Assembly (NCBI GenBank): GCA_035631795.1
Contig: DASQIB010000027.1
Coordinates: 1,910 to 65,909, forward strand
Reading direction: 5' to 3'
Origin: Gemmatimonadales bacterium
Lineage (GTDB): Bacteria; Gemmatimonadota; Gemmatimonadetes; Gemmatimonadales; GWC2-71-9
DNA length: 64,000 nt
Position numbers and translations under genes: made by a program. Of the stretch, positions 37,725 to 46,473 are shown in pieces; the first letter of the stretch is position 1; each line of letters opens with the position of its first letter. Under the pieces are notes generated by a model, which saw nothing but the letters and a program-made list of their open reading frames with translations, did not search any database and was not told where the DNA came from.

Positions 37725-38695
37725 GGCACGCCCACGGCCTCCAGGATCTTGCCGATGACGCGGTCGGAGTCCATGTCCTCCGCCTCCGCCTCGAACGTGA
37801 GCAGTACGCGATGCCGCAGCACGTCGTACGCCATCGCTTTGACGTCCTCCGGGACCACGTAGGAGCGACCACGGAGGAAGGCATGCGCCCGCGCCGCCTG
37901 CGCGAGGTAGATGGACGCCCGCGGGCTCGCCCCGAACGCAATCAGCGGCTTGAGCTCCGGCAGTCCGATGGCCTGCGGCTCGCGCGTCCCGCGCACCACG
38001 TCCACGATGTAATCGACCACTTTCTGATCCATGAACAGCTCGGCGATCGCGCTCCGCGCCGCGAGGATGTCGTCGGCCTCGGCCACGCGCTGCACCTCGA
38101 TCGGCCGGCCCGACGCCATCCGCGCGACGATCTCCTTCTCAGCGTCGCGCGAGGGATAGGCGACGCGCACCTTGAGCATGAAACGGTCGAGCTGGGCTTC
38201 GGGCAGGGGGTAGGTGCCTTCCTGCTCGATCGGGTTCTGGGTCGCGAGCACGAGAAACGGCTCCCCGAGATAGAAGGTCTCGCCCCCGATCGTCACCTGC
38301 TTCTCTTGCATCGCTTCGAGTAACGCCGACTGCACTTTCGCCGGCGCGCGATTGATCTCGTCCGCGAGCACCAAGTTGGCGAAGAGCGGTCCCTTTTTCG
38401 GGTAGAACTCCTGGGTGCGCTGGTCGAAGACCATCGTCCCGATCACGTCCGCGGGGAGCAGGTCCGGCGTGAACTGGATCCGCGAGAACGAGATCTTCAA
38501 GCACTCCGCCACCGTGCGCACGGCGAGCGTCTTGGCGAGCCCGGGGACGCCCTCGAGCAGAATATGTCCACCCGTCAGTAAGCCAACGAGCAGACGCTCG
38601 ACCATGAGCTCCTGCGCAACGACGCGCTTGCCGACCTCCCGCGCGATCGTCTGGCTCAGCACCGCGTCGCCGGTCTTGGACGTTTTTGTGCTCAT
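37721..38695 (-). CDS. MoxR-family AAA+ ATPase
   Basis: 324 aa with HILLEGVPGLAKT (Walker A) and LADEINRAPAKVQSALLEAMQE, in the AAA_3 family. Confidence 0.92.
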   Translation of the reverse strand: MSTKTSKTGDAVLSQTIAREVGKRVVAQELMVERLLVGLLTGGHILLEGVPGLAKTLAVRTVAECLKISFSRIQFTPDLLPADVIGTMVFDQRTQEFYPKKGPLFANLVLADEINRAPAKVQSALLEAMQEKQVTIGGETFYLGEPFLVLATQNPIEQEGTYPLPEAQLDRFMLKVRVAYPSRDAEKEIVARMASGRPIEVQRVAEADDILAARSAIAELFMDQKVVDYIVDVVRGTREPQAIGLPELKPLIAFGASPRASIYLAQAARAHAFLRGRSYVVPEDVKAMAYDVLRHRVLLTFEAEAEDMDSDRVIGKILEAVGVP

Positions 38696-40311
38696 TTCAG
38701 CGCCGCCTCCGCCGCTTTGCGCACCGCGGGCTCCTTGTCCTTGCTGTAGAGTTCCAACAAGCCCCGTGCTTCGGGCCGTGTGAGGTACCGTAGACCATCC
38801 ACTGCGGCTGCCCGCACCATCGCGCTCCGACGGTGCATCATCCCGCCGGGCTCGGCGTACTTGGCGAGCACGTCGAGGGCCTCCTTGGACCCCAGCCGCC
38901 CGATCGCGCGGAGCAACTCCGCCTGTACCCCTTCGTCCGGCTCCTGCTCCATGCGTCGAATGAGCACCGTGGACGACGAGGGGTCGCCTCCGGCCGCCAC
39001 CGCCCGAGCGGCCGCCGAACGTACCGCCACACTCTCGTCCTTCAGGGCCGGCATGGCCGGGCGCGCGATCTCACGCCCCCCCGCCTCGGCCAGGCCGAGC
39101 AGCGCCGCCTCGCGCACATATTCGGACGTGTGGCGCAGCAAAGGCAAGAGCAGGGATATCGCCTGCGGGCTGCCGGTGACGCCGAGGAACTCCGCCGCGG
39201 CGGCCACGACGGTGGGCTCCGCATCGGCGAGCTTCCCCTGAAGAGGTTCGATCGCCCGATCCGCCGCCGCGCGGATCGTGGCGCGATACGGTGCCCGCAG
39301 CTCCGCCGGCGCGGCGACAAAGGCATCGATCACCAGCCCCATCGACACTGATGCGAGCGCCCCCACGGCCGTCACTACCGCCTCGAGCTCATCGGCCGGG
39401 ACGCGTGATTCCCCGAGCCGATGCACGAGGCGCTCGACCAGCGCGCGATCGGACAGCGCCAGCGCGGCTTTGTCGATCGCGCCCAGAACGCCCGGATCCT
39501 GGACGGTGGGCAGCAGCCGGTCGAGGGCGGCGATCGCGTCCGCGACGATCGCCACGTCGTGCAGCGCGATCAGCTTCTCCGCCAACCCGTGGAGCTTCTC
39601 GACGGCCACCCGTTGCTCCTCGGGTGTCGTGGCGGTGCGGAGGCCCGCGACGGCGCGCTTGACCTCCACGTCCACCGGAAGCACGTCCGGCCGGAACGCG
39701 GCGCTGGCGCGCCGCGACGCGAGCAGTGACTCCGCCGACGGCGCGGCAGGCACCGCGGCCGGCGATTGTGGGGGAGGCGCCGGGTATGTCGGGGGTGGTG
39801 CTGTGGGGATCGGCGGCGCCGGAAGGGGAGAGGCGGAGACCGCCGGCGGCTCAGGTGACACAGGCAGCGCGGGGACGCCCTCCGCCGGCGTCGGCGCGCG
39901 CAACCGGTCGAGGCGCGTGGCCGAGCGGCGACCGAGCGCGAGCGTGATCCGGCCGAGCGTCGCGTCGTCGTGGGGGAGCGCCCCGGTCGCGACATGAAAG
40001 AGCGCGAGGACGTGATCGGGCGTCATCCCGGGATTGAGCGTCACCGCGCGTACCCCCCGAGCGTACAGCAGGCCCGCGAGCTGGGCGATCTGCGCGTTGC
40101 GAGGCAGCAGGTGCTGGCCGTGCCAGTGGAGCCCCGTGACTCCGACCTTCCATTCCAGGGTCCCGAGCGCGGCGAGGGGCGGCAACGTCTCGCCGATCTG
40201 CCGCAGCGCCTCCATGACCGCCGGATGGGACGGCGGATAGAGGCGCGTCAGGCGGAACGTCGTGCCGATGGCGCCGAGTGCGCGTTCGACTCCTGCGGTC
40301 TCCGCTCCCAT
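38692..40311 (-). CDS. HEAT-repeat protein, second paralog with the LYPxxHP N-terminal domain
   Basis: Track ORF trimmed to the ATG at 40311, giving 539 aa. N-terminal RLTRLYPPSHPAVMEAL, a Pro-rich linker, and C-terminal HEAT repeats (SEYVREAALLGLAEAG, DESVAVRSAAARAVAA, DKEPAVRKAAEAAL). Confidence 0.65.
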   Translation of the reverse strand: MGAETAGVERALGAIGTTFRLTRLYPPSHPAVMEALRQIGETLPPLAALGTLEWKVGVTGLHWHGQHLLPRNAQIAQLAGLLYARGVRAVTLNPGMTPDHVLALFHVATGALPHDDATLGRITLALGRRSATRLDRLRAPTPAEGVPALPVSPEPPAVSASPLPAPPIPTAPPPTYPAPPPQSPAAVPAAPSAESLLASRRASAAFRPDVLPVDVEVKRAVAGLRTATTPEEQRVAVEKLHGLAEKLIALHDVAIVADAIAALDRLLPTVQDPGVLGAIDKAALALSDRALVERLVHRLGESRVPADELEAVVTAVGALASVSMGLVIDAFVAAPAELRAPYRATIRAAADRAIEPLQGKLADAEPTVVAAAAEFLGVTGSPQAISLLLPLLRHTSEYVREAALLGLAEAGGREIARPAMPALKDESVAVRSAAARAVAAGGDPSSSTVLIRRMEQEPDEGVQAELLRAIGRLGSKEALDVLAKYAEPGGMMHRRSAMVRAAAVDGLRYLTRPEARGLLELYSKDKEPAVRKAAEAALK

Positions 40312-40315
40312 GGGG

Positions 40316-41962
40316 TCAGCGCTTGATCCGTTCTCCCCGGTCCTCGAACCGGAAGACCCACGTGGCGAAGCGTGCGGGCTCGATCGGATCGTCCGCGCCG
40401 ATCGCGGTCCAGTCCACGCCGCTCCCGGACTCGGTCGAGCATTGCGCGCGCCGCTCGGCCTGCGCCACCATCTCGCGCGCCCGCGTGATCCAGCCCCCGA
40501 ACTGCTCCGGGCGCAGATCCACCCACCCCCGAGGCGCCGCCGAGCGGGGGTCCCCACCGTCGCCGGGGACCGCGACCTGCCGCCCCCGGTATACCCGATC
40601 GCCATCGGGCGTGAGGATGGGAATACCCACGGACAGAATATGGCTCCGCAATACCGCGTCCCGCTCGATCCGGGCATGGGCGGCGGCCGACAGCTCTCCT
40701 GGTCGCGAGTCCGCCAGGGCCCGGACCGTGGGGCGGAGCAGCGCACACAGGTAGGACTCCCACAACAGCTTGGTGAGCCGTGGCGGCCCGAGCATCTCGA
40801 ACGCCACGGCGCGGCGCCCGGCTTCGCCCTCGAGCGCGCGCAACCGCTCCAGGGCCGCGCCCCGGAGCATCGCCGCGCGATACGTCGGGCCGGCGGTGGT
40901 GGCGTCGAGCGCCGCGACCACGTCCCGTCCGGTCGGCCGCCCTTCGAGCTCCATCATCACGTAGTCCGCCACCTCCTCCGGCGTGATGAACTCCATCTGC
41001 CCCAGCGCGGTCACCGTTTCGAATTCGTCGCGCGAGAACAGACCATTCTCTCCGACGTCGATATACGCGCCCTCCAGGGTCTGGCCAAGCTCGCGCCAGG
41101 GGTGCGCGTCGGGCGTGAACGCCTGATCGAGCGCGACCGGAGTCGGGCAATCGACGAGCGCAATCGGCTTCCCCTTGCGACGGATCGGGCCGAAGCCGAT
41201 CTCGCGCCATCCGATCGTCGCGGTGGGCTTGATCTCCACAGTTGCGGGGGCGCCCGGTGTCCGGCCGAGCAGGAAGAGCAGCAGCGACTGCGCGCCCGCC
41301 ACGGCGGACTTCGTGAGGAGGAGGCGGCTGGGACGCTCCTCCGAATGCGTGTACGGAATGTTGAAGCCCATCCCGCCCGTCCCGCTCGTCCCGATCTTCA
41401 CGTAGGCGCCAGTCTCCGCACGCCTGAGCGATTCGACCAGGATCTGCACGTGGCGGATCAGCTGCGGCATGGTGAGCGACAGCACGTGGCGCTCGACCGT
41501 CGCCCGATCGACCTGTCCACGGCCGGCCGACTCGAGCAGGGCCTGCGCGCTTTTTTCGGCATCCTGGTACGCAAACGCGGTCGCGGTGTTGACGCTGTCG
41601 ATGACGATGTCGGGTCGACGGGTGGTGAGGAGCTGATACAGGAAGCTCCGGTTCAGAATGTCCTCAGTGAGCTCACCGAGCAGGTCGTTCACGAGCAGCC
41701 GCCGGTGCGCCGGGTCGGCCATCACGGTGGCGCGCTCGAGTCGGGCGAGGCTCGCCGGCAGAAACAGGTCCCCCCATTCAACGTCGATCGCGGTGCCGCC
41801 ACGATACGAATCGAGGGCGCGGGCGGTGCCCTTCACCTCGTCCTCGAACAGGGCGACGAGGACGATCCGGCCGGGCGCGGCGCCGAGCAGCCGCTTCGCC
41901 ACGGCGTGCCCCACCAGGCCGCTACCGCCCAGGATCATTACCGTTCGGTCACGCAGGTTCAC
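40316..41962 (-). CDS. NAD(P)-binding Rossmann-fold protein, unknown function
   Basis: 548 aa. N-terminal VMILGGSGLVGHAVAKRLL (GxxGxxG). Conserved-looking block GTSGTGGMGFNIPYTHSEE. No family was recognised by eye. Confidence 0.65.
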   Translation of the reverse strand: MNLRDRTVMILGGSGLVGHAVAKRLLGAAPGRIVLVALFEDEVKGTARALDSYRGGTAIDVEWGDLFLPASLARLERATVMADPAHRRLLVNDLLGELTEDILNRSFLYQLLTTRRPDIVIDSVNTATAFAYQDAEKSAQALLESAGRGQVDRATVERHVLSLTMPQLIRHVQILVESLRRAETGAYVKIGTSGTGGMGFNIPYTHSEERPSRLLLTKSAVAGAQSLLLFLLGRTPGAPATVEIKPTATIGWREIGFGPIRRKGKPIALVDCPTPVALDQAFTPDAHPWRELGQTLEGAYIDVGENGLFSRDEFETVTALGQMEFITPEEVADYVMMELEGRPTGRDVVAALDATTAGPTYRAAMLRGAALERLRALEGEAGRRAVAFEMLGPPRLTKLLWESYLCALLRPTVRALADSRPGELSAAAHARIERDAVLRSHILSVGIPILTPDGDRVYRGRQVAVPGDGGDPRSAAPRGWVDLRPEQFGGWITRAREMVAQAERRAQCSTESGSGVDWTAIGADDPIEPARFATWVFRFEDRGERIKR

Positions 41963-42671
41963 GCAGTCGCTCGATCGCCTCGATTTCGTGAGCGGCCAGG
42001 CGCCGGTACTTCCCTTCGGCCAGCCGGCCGAGACGCACGGGACCGTAGGACACGCGGTGGAGCCACTCGACCTTGAGCCCCAGCGCTTCCGCCAACCGCC
42101 GGACGATGCGCTGGCGCCCTTCCGCCAGGGTCACCTCGACCTCCACGCTCCGCTCCACGGCGCGAACGCGAAAGTCGAGCACGCGCACGCGCCGGCCGTC
42201 GATGACGGGGGGCCGCGTCAGCGCGATCTGCACGTCCGCCGCGCTCTTGCCGTGGACGCGCAACCAGTACGTGCGAGGAACGGCGAACCGCGGGTGCATC
42301 AGCCGGTGTGCCGCCGCTCCGTCGGTCGTGAGCAGCAGCAGCCCGGACGTCATGACGTCGAGGCGCCCGACGTAGGTGAGGCCCGGGACGTCGGGGAGCA
42401 GGTCGTAGACGGTCCGCCGGCCCTCCGGATCACCGCGCGTCACGACATAGCCCACCGGCTTGTTGAGCGCGAGCCAGGTCGCCGGCCCACGCGCGGCGCG
42501 TACCGCGCGGCCGTCCACGGTGATTCGCTGCCGCGTCGGGTCCGCGCTCATGCCGATCGTGGCGACCGCGTCATCCACGCGCACGCGACCCGCGCGGATC
42601 AACTCTTCGGCCTTGCGGCGTGAGGTCACGCCCGCACGCGCCAGGGCGCGTTGCAGGCGCATGAGCGTCAT
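41949..42671 (-). CDS. rluB: pseudouridine synthase, RsuA/RluB family
   Basis: 240 aa with an N-terminal S4 domain (LQRALARAGVTSRRKAEELIRAGRVRVD) and catalytic GRLDVMTSGLLLLTTDG. Confidence 0.85.
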   Translation of the reverse strand: MTLMRLQRALARAGVTSRRKAEELIRAGRVRVDDAVATIGMSADPTRQRITVDGRAVRAARGPATWLALNKPVGYVVTRGDPEGRRTVYDLLPDVPGLTYVGRLDVMTSGLLLLTTDGAAAHRLMHPRFAVPRTYWLRVHGKSAADVQIALTRPPVIDGRRVRVLDFRVRAVERSVEVEVTLAEGRQRIVRRLAEALGLKVEWLHRVSYGPVRLGRLAEGKYRRLAAHEIEAIERLREPA

Positions 42672-43216
42672 TCGGGTTCGGCGGGGGCGGGCGGGCGGAG
42701 CGCCACCGAGAGCTCGTCCAACCGCGGCAGCTCCTCCAGGTCCTTGAGTCCCAGCGTGTCGAGGAACTGCGGCGTGGTGCCGTAGAGCAGCGGTCGCCCG
42801 AGGCCCTCGCCCCGGGTCACGATCTCCACCAGCCCGCGCTCGACGAGTTTGTCGATCACGGCGCCGGAGTCGACGCCGCGGATCTCGTCCACCTCGATAC
42901 GCCCGACCGGCTGGCGATAGGCGATGATGGCGAGGGTTTCGAGCGCGGCGGGACTCAGCCGCCGCGGGCGCACCGCGAACTCGGCGCGCTCGATGGCCTC
43001 GGCGTAGTCGCGGCGCGTGAGAAACTGCCAGCCGTCGCCGATCTCCACGAGCTCGATCCCGTGAGCCCCTCCGGCGAACGTGTCCCGGATTTCGACGAGC
43101 GCCGCGTCGACGGCCGCCGCGCCCGCCTCGGGCTCGAGGGCGAGCAGCTCCTCGACCGCGAGCGGCCGGGCGGCGGCGAACAGCGCCGCCTCAAGCAGCT
43201 GGGCGAGGGGACTCAC
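42668..43216 (-). CDS. scpB: segregation and condensation protein B
   Basis: Trimmed to the GTG at 43216 (SPLAQLLEAALFAAARPL...); an alternative ATG lies at 43246. ScpB pattern: LETLAIIAYRQPVGRIEVDEIRGVDS. Confidence 0.8.
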   Translation of the reverse strand: MSPLAQLLEAALFAAARPLAVEELLALEPEAGAAAVDAALVEIRDTFAGGAHGIELVEIGDGWQFLTRRDYAEAIERAEFAVRPRRLSPAALETLAIIAYRQPVGRIEVDEIRGVDSGAVIDKLVERGLVEIVTRGEGLGRPLLYGTTPQFLDTLGLKDLEELPRLDELSVALRPPAPAEPE

Positions 43217-43934
43217 GGCGGATCTGAATCGGCGTGAAGGGCCCATCCTGCCGGACCGACAGGAGGCCGCGCTTCGCGAGCTCGAGCAGCGCGATAAACG
43301 TGGACAGGACGTCGACGATCGTCGGGCGTTCCCCGACCACCTCGAGCCACCCGAACGCCTCGCTCCGCCCCAGCAGCGCCTCGATCCGGGCGGTGGCGCC
43401 CTCGACGTCCAGCGGGCGCGGTACCACACGGTGCAGGACCGGCTCCGGGATCAGCGCGATCACTCGCTCGGCGGCGGCGAGGAGGTCGTTCAGGGCGATC
43501 ACGAGCGGCGCGGGCCCGGCCGGTGCGGCCGGTGTGGGAGCGAACCCGCGTCCGAATTGTTCGGCCCGGCGCGCGGCGGCCGCGCCGAGCCACTCCACCA
43601 GCTCGCGGATCTGCTGGTACTCGAGCAGTCGCCGGACCAGCTCGGCACGCGGATCTTCCCATTCCTCGTCGCCCGCCCGGCGCGGCAGGAGCATCTGTGC
43701 TTTGATGCGGAGCAGTCGCGCCGCCATCTCGAGATAGTCGGCCGCCTGATTGAGCCCCAGCTCCCCGATTGCCGCGAGGAACTGGTCCGCGATCTTCGCG
43801 ATCGGAAGATCGGTGATGTCGAGCTCGTCCTCACGAATGAGATGGAGCAGGAGGTCGAGCGGTCCGGAGAACTGCTCGAGCTCGACGACGAAGCCGCCGT
43901 TCGCGTCACCCATCACGGGTACCGGTGTCGTCAT
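43191..43934 (-). CDS. scpA: segregation and condensation protein A
   Basis: Trimmed to the ATG at 43934 (ATGA overlap), giving 247 aa. FSGPLDLLLHLIREDELDITDLPIAKIADQF. Confidence 0.85.
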   Translation of the reverse strand: MTTPVPVMGDANGGFVVELEQFSGPLDLLLHLIREDELDITDLPIAKIADQFLAAIGELGLNQAADYLEMAARLLRIKAQMLLPRRAGDEEWEDPRAELVRRLLEYQQIRELVEWLGAAAARRAEQFGRGFAPTPAAPAGPAPLVIALNDLLAAAERVIALIPEPVLHRVVPRPLDVEGATARIEALLGRSEAFGWLEVVGERPTIVDVLSTFIALLELAKRGLLSVRQDGPFTPIQIRRESPRPAA

Positions 43935-44671
43935 AGCGTCGGCTGCGACCCCGGCAGCGCGTACCCGCCCACCAGGGCCCATCCCAACGCCAGCAGCTGG
44001 CGCACGGGCCAGAGAAACGGCGTGAGGAGCGCGGGTGCGAGCCAAATGACGAGGAACAGCGGCACCATGCCCAACGCGTACAACTGGCGGTATTTCATTC
44101 CCGCCCCGGGAGGAAGCAAGTGATAGAAGACGTGACTGCCGTCAAGCGGCGGCAGCGGGATGAGATTGAAGAACGCGAGGACCAGGTTCCACTGCATCCC
44201 GTAGAGCATCATGCGTTGCAGGATTTCCAGACTCCCCGTGAGCCACGGCAGGGCCGACGCGAGCAGACCAAAGACCGCAAACAGTACCGCCGCGATGACG
44301 AACAATGCGAGGTTCGTCGCGATTCCGGCGAGCGAGACGATCACGTCTCCGCGGACATAGTTCCGGTACTTCCGCGGATTGACCGGCACCGGTTTGGCGC
44401 CTCCAAACAGGAATCCGGCATGGGACAGCCAGAGCAACAGGGGGAGCAGCACCGTCATGAAGGGATCGATGTGCTTGACGGGATTCAGCGTCAGCCGCCC
44501 GAGCATGTAGGCGGTATCGTCGCCCTGCCGATAGGCTGCCTCGGCGTGCGCATATTCGTGGGCCACGATTGAGAAGAGGAGCACCGGGGCCCAGACGAGA
44601 ATTTCGAACGAAATGGCTCGACTCGGGGTCGGTGACGGCCAAAGATAACGGACGGCCGGGGGCCGGGTCAA
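43931..44671 (-). CDS. site-2 protease family (M50) membrane metalloprotease
   Basis: 246 aa with HEYAHA zinc motif and NLIPLPPLDGSH. TTG start, uncertain. Confidence 0.8.
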   Translation of the reverse strand: MTRPPAVRYLWPSPTPSRAISFEILVWAPVLLFSIVAHEYAHAEAAYRQGDDTAYMLGRLTLNPVKHIDPFMTVLLPLLLWLSHAGFLFGGAKPVPVNPRKYRNYVRGDVIVSLAGIATNLALFVIAAVLFAVFGLLASALPWLTGSLEILQRMMLYGMQWNLVLAFFNLIPLPPLDGSHVFYHLLPPGAGMKYRQLYALGMVPLFLVIWLAPALLTPFLWPVRQLLALGWALVGGYALPGSQPTL

Positions 44672-44683
44672 CAGCGTAGTGCC

Positions 44684-44712
44684 TTGACCGACCTTGACTT
44701 ACCCTCTATCTT
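44684..44712 (+). promoter_or_regulatory. sigma-70-like promoter of rpsT (TTGACC-17 nt-TATCTT)
   Basis: TTGACC at 44684-44689, 17-nt spacer, TATCTT at 44707-44712, AGGAGG Shine-Dalgarno at 44724-44729, GTG at 44737. Confidence 0.45.
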
Positions 44713-44736
44713 CCGCGCCTCACAGGAGGCTGTTTC

Positions 44737-44994
44737 GTGCCGAGAATCCAGTCCGCGAAGAAGGCGATGCGCCAAGGACGCGCCCGCAATGAACGAAACC
44801 GGGCGCAGAGCTCCGCGCTGCGCACCGCGCTGAAACGCGTGCGCGCCGCCACTACGTCGGAGCAGGCCAGCAGCGCGTATCGCCTCGCCTCACAGCTGCT
44901 CGATCGCGCGGCCCGCAAGGGTTTGATTCATCCGAACAATGCGGCGAGGCATAAGAGTCGCTTGGCCGCAGTGGTGGGGAGACTCAAGAAGTAA
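44737..44994 (+). CDS. rpsT: 30S ribosomal protein S20
   Basis: 85 aa; PRIQSAKKAMRQGRARNERNRAQSSALRTALKRV... is typical S20. GTG start with Shine-Dalgarno. Confidence 0.9.
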   Translation: MPRIQSAKKAMRQGRARNERNRAQSSALRTALKRVRAATTSEQASSAYRLASQLLDRAARKGLIHPNNAARHKSRLAAVVGRLKK

Positions 44995-44996
44995 GA

Positions 44997-45824
44997 CTAA
45001 ACGGCGGCCAACTCGGCGCCGCACTGCTCGCAATACCACTCCGTCGGTAGGTTCATCGTGCCGCATGCGCGGCACCGCAGCGTCTTGTCGGCCTCCGGAT
45101 CCTCAATCTGTTCGTCGGTCGGCTCGGGCACGATCGGCGCCGGGACGGGGTTCGCCGCACGCGGGACGTTCGGGTTGGCCGTCGGCGTGTCGGCCGGAAT
45201 CACCGGTTGAAACTGCGCCCCGCTGGCCCGTCGCGGAGACGGCGCCGTCTTGTCATCATCCGTTACCGACTTGATGAAGGCGAGCTCATCCTCGTGCGGC
45301 GGGGCGGCCGGCTGCGGCGGACGGGCCGGTGGTGCCGCAGGCGCTGCCGGCGGCGGAGCGGGTACCGTCCTGGGGGGCGGCACCGGCTTGTTTCGCACCA
45401 GCGCGTCCAGCTCTTCGAGCTTCTGCAGATCCGCCTCGACCGATTGCAGGTCCTCGCGCACCGAGACGAGCTCCGCAAGAATATCGGCGTGTACCTGGGT
45501 CCACTGTCCTTCGTCGTATTCGCCGACGGAATGACGCAACTCCGCCTCGGTGAGCTTCTCCCCCGCGCGGGTCTCCTTCTTCTGCAGCTCGCCTCGGAGA
45601 TGGCGTTTCTCTTCGATCGCCTGCCGCGCGCTCTCGGCGTGCGCCCGGAGCTCCTCGGTCACGGCGGCGAGACGGGCTTCGTAATCGGAGCGGACCCGCG
45701 CGCGCACGTGTCCGGGCGTCGCGTCCGCCGAGTCGTTCAAGCGGGCGAGCCAGGCTTCGTATTGCCGGCGCTCTTCCAGCAGGCGCTGGATGATGACGGT
45801 GCTCTTGGACGCTCCCTTAGGCAT
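44997..45824 (-). CDS. coiled-coil / Pro-rich protein with C-terminal zinc ribbon
   Basis: Trimmed to the ATG at 45824, giving 275 aa. Heptad-like N-terminal half, a PPPxxP linker, and C-terminal CRACGTMNLPTEWYCEQCG. Confidence 0.6.
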   Translation of the reverse strand: MPKGASKSTVIIQRLLEERRQYEAWLARLNDSADATPGHVRARVRSDYEARLAAVTEELRAHAESARQAIEEKRHLRGELQKKETRAGEKLTEAELRHSVGEYDEGQWTQVHADILAELVSVREDLQSVEADLQKLEELDALVRNKPVPPPRTVPAPPPAAPAAPPARPPQPAAPPHEDELAFIKSVTDDDKTAPSPRRASGAQFQPVIPADTPTANPNVPRAANPVPAPIVPEPTDEQIEDPEADKTLRCRACGTMNLPTEWYCEQCGAELAAV

Positions 45825-46473
45825 CCGACTCCTCTGGCGTTCGCCCGCGACGCGCCCCTCCCTCGAGGCGCGCCACGGCATCCGATGTCAATTCGTTCAC
45901 ATGCCCCAGCGCCCGCGCCGCCCAGATGATGCGCGCCCCATGCTCCAGGCTCTCCATGCGGATCCAGGCGGCGTCGAGCGTCGGCCCCACCGTCACGGCT
46001 CCGTGGTTCGCGAGAAGCCAGGCGTTATGGCCTGCCAGGTGCGGCTCGAGGCGGTCTCCCAGTTCGGGCGTGCCCGGCGTCCCATAATGGACGAGCGGGA
46101 CCTGACTGCATTGCAAGATAAGTTCCGGCAGGACAAATGTGTCAAACGTCTGCCCGGCGACCGCGAAGGCGGTCGCAATGGGTGGATGGGCGTGCACCAC
46201 TGCGCCGACGTCCGGCCGTCGCGTCAAGATCCGAAGATGTAAGTCCAATTCGGTCGTGGGGTTGCGGCGGCCGCGCCGCTTTCGACCCCCCAAGTCCACT
46301 TCCACCATGTCGAGCGGCCCGACGAGGGCTTTGATGACGCCGCTCGGCGTCACGAGCGCTCGATCCCGCCCCAGCCGGACCGAAAGGTTGCCGTCCTGCC
46401 CCGCGATGAGCCCCCGGTCGGCCAGCTGGCGGCAGCATTGCGCCATCCGCCGGGCGACGGTGCTGGCGGTCAC
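45817..46473 (-). CDS. class II aldolase/adducin-family protein
   Basis: Trimmed to the GTG at 46473 (GTGA overlap with the pyrC stop); an alternative ATG lies at 46446. GQDGNLSVR and AVVHAHPP motifs. Confidence 0.8.
   Translation of the reverse strand: MTASTVARRMAQCCRQLADRGLIAGQDGNLSVRLGRDRALVTPSGVIKALVGPLDMVEVDLGGRKRRGRRNPTTELDLHLRILTRRPDVGAVVHAHPPIATAFAVAGQTFDTFVLPELILQCSQVPLVHYGTPGTPELGDRLEPHLAGHNAWLLANHGAVTVGPTLDAAWIRMESLEHGARIIWAARALGHVNELTSDAVARLEGGARRGRTPEESDA

Noticed and set aside
35893-37941. ORF-track N-terminal extensions of real genes
   Set aside because: The cases are the 682-aa ORF here, plus 38692..40746, 24761..26407, 46470..48143, 20588..22267, 30883..33513, 8715..9629 and 3670..4500. 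The extended parts run through the upstream gene in another frame, are Arg/Gly-rich, and precede obvious native N-termini. Starts were moved to codons that give 1-8 nt overlaps or short gaps.
40262-42076. 604-aa plus-strand ORF antisense to the Rossmann-fold gene
   Set aside because: It is a shadow ORF of low complexity. The minus frame has a GxxGxxG fold signature and a better GC3 pattern.
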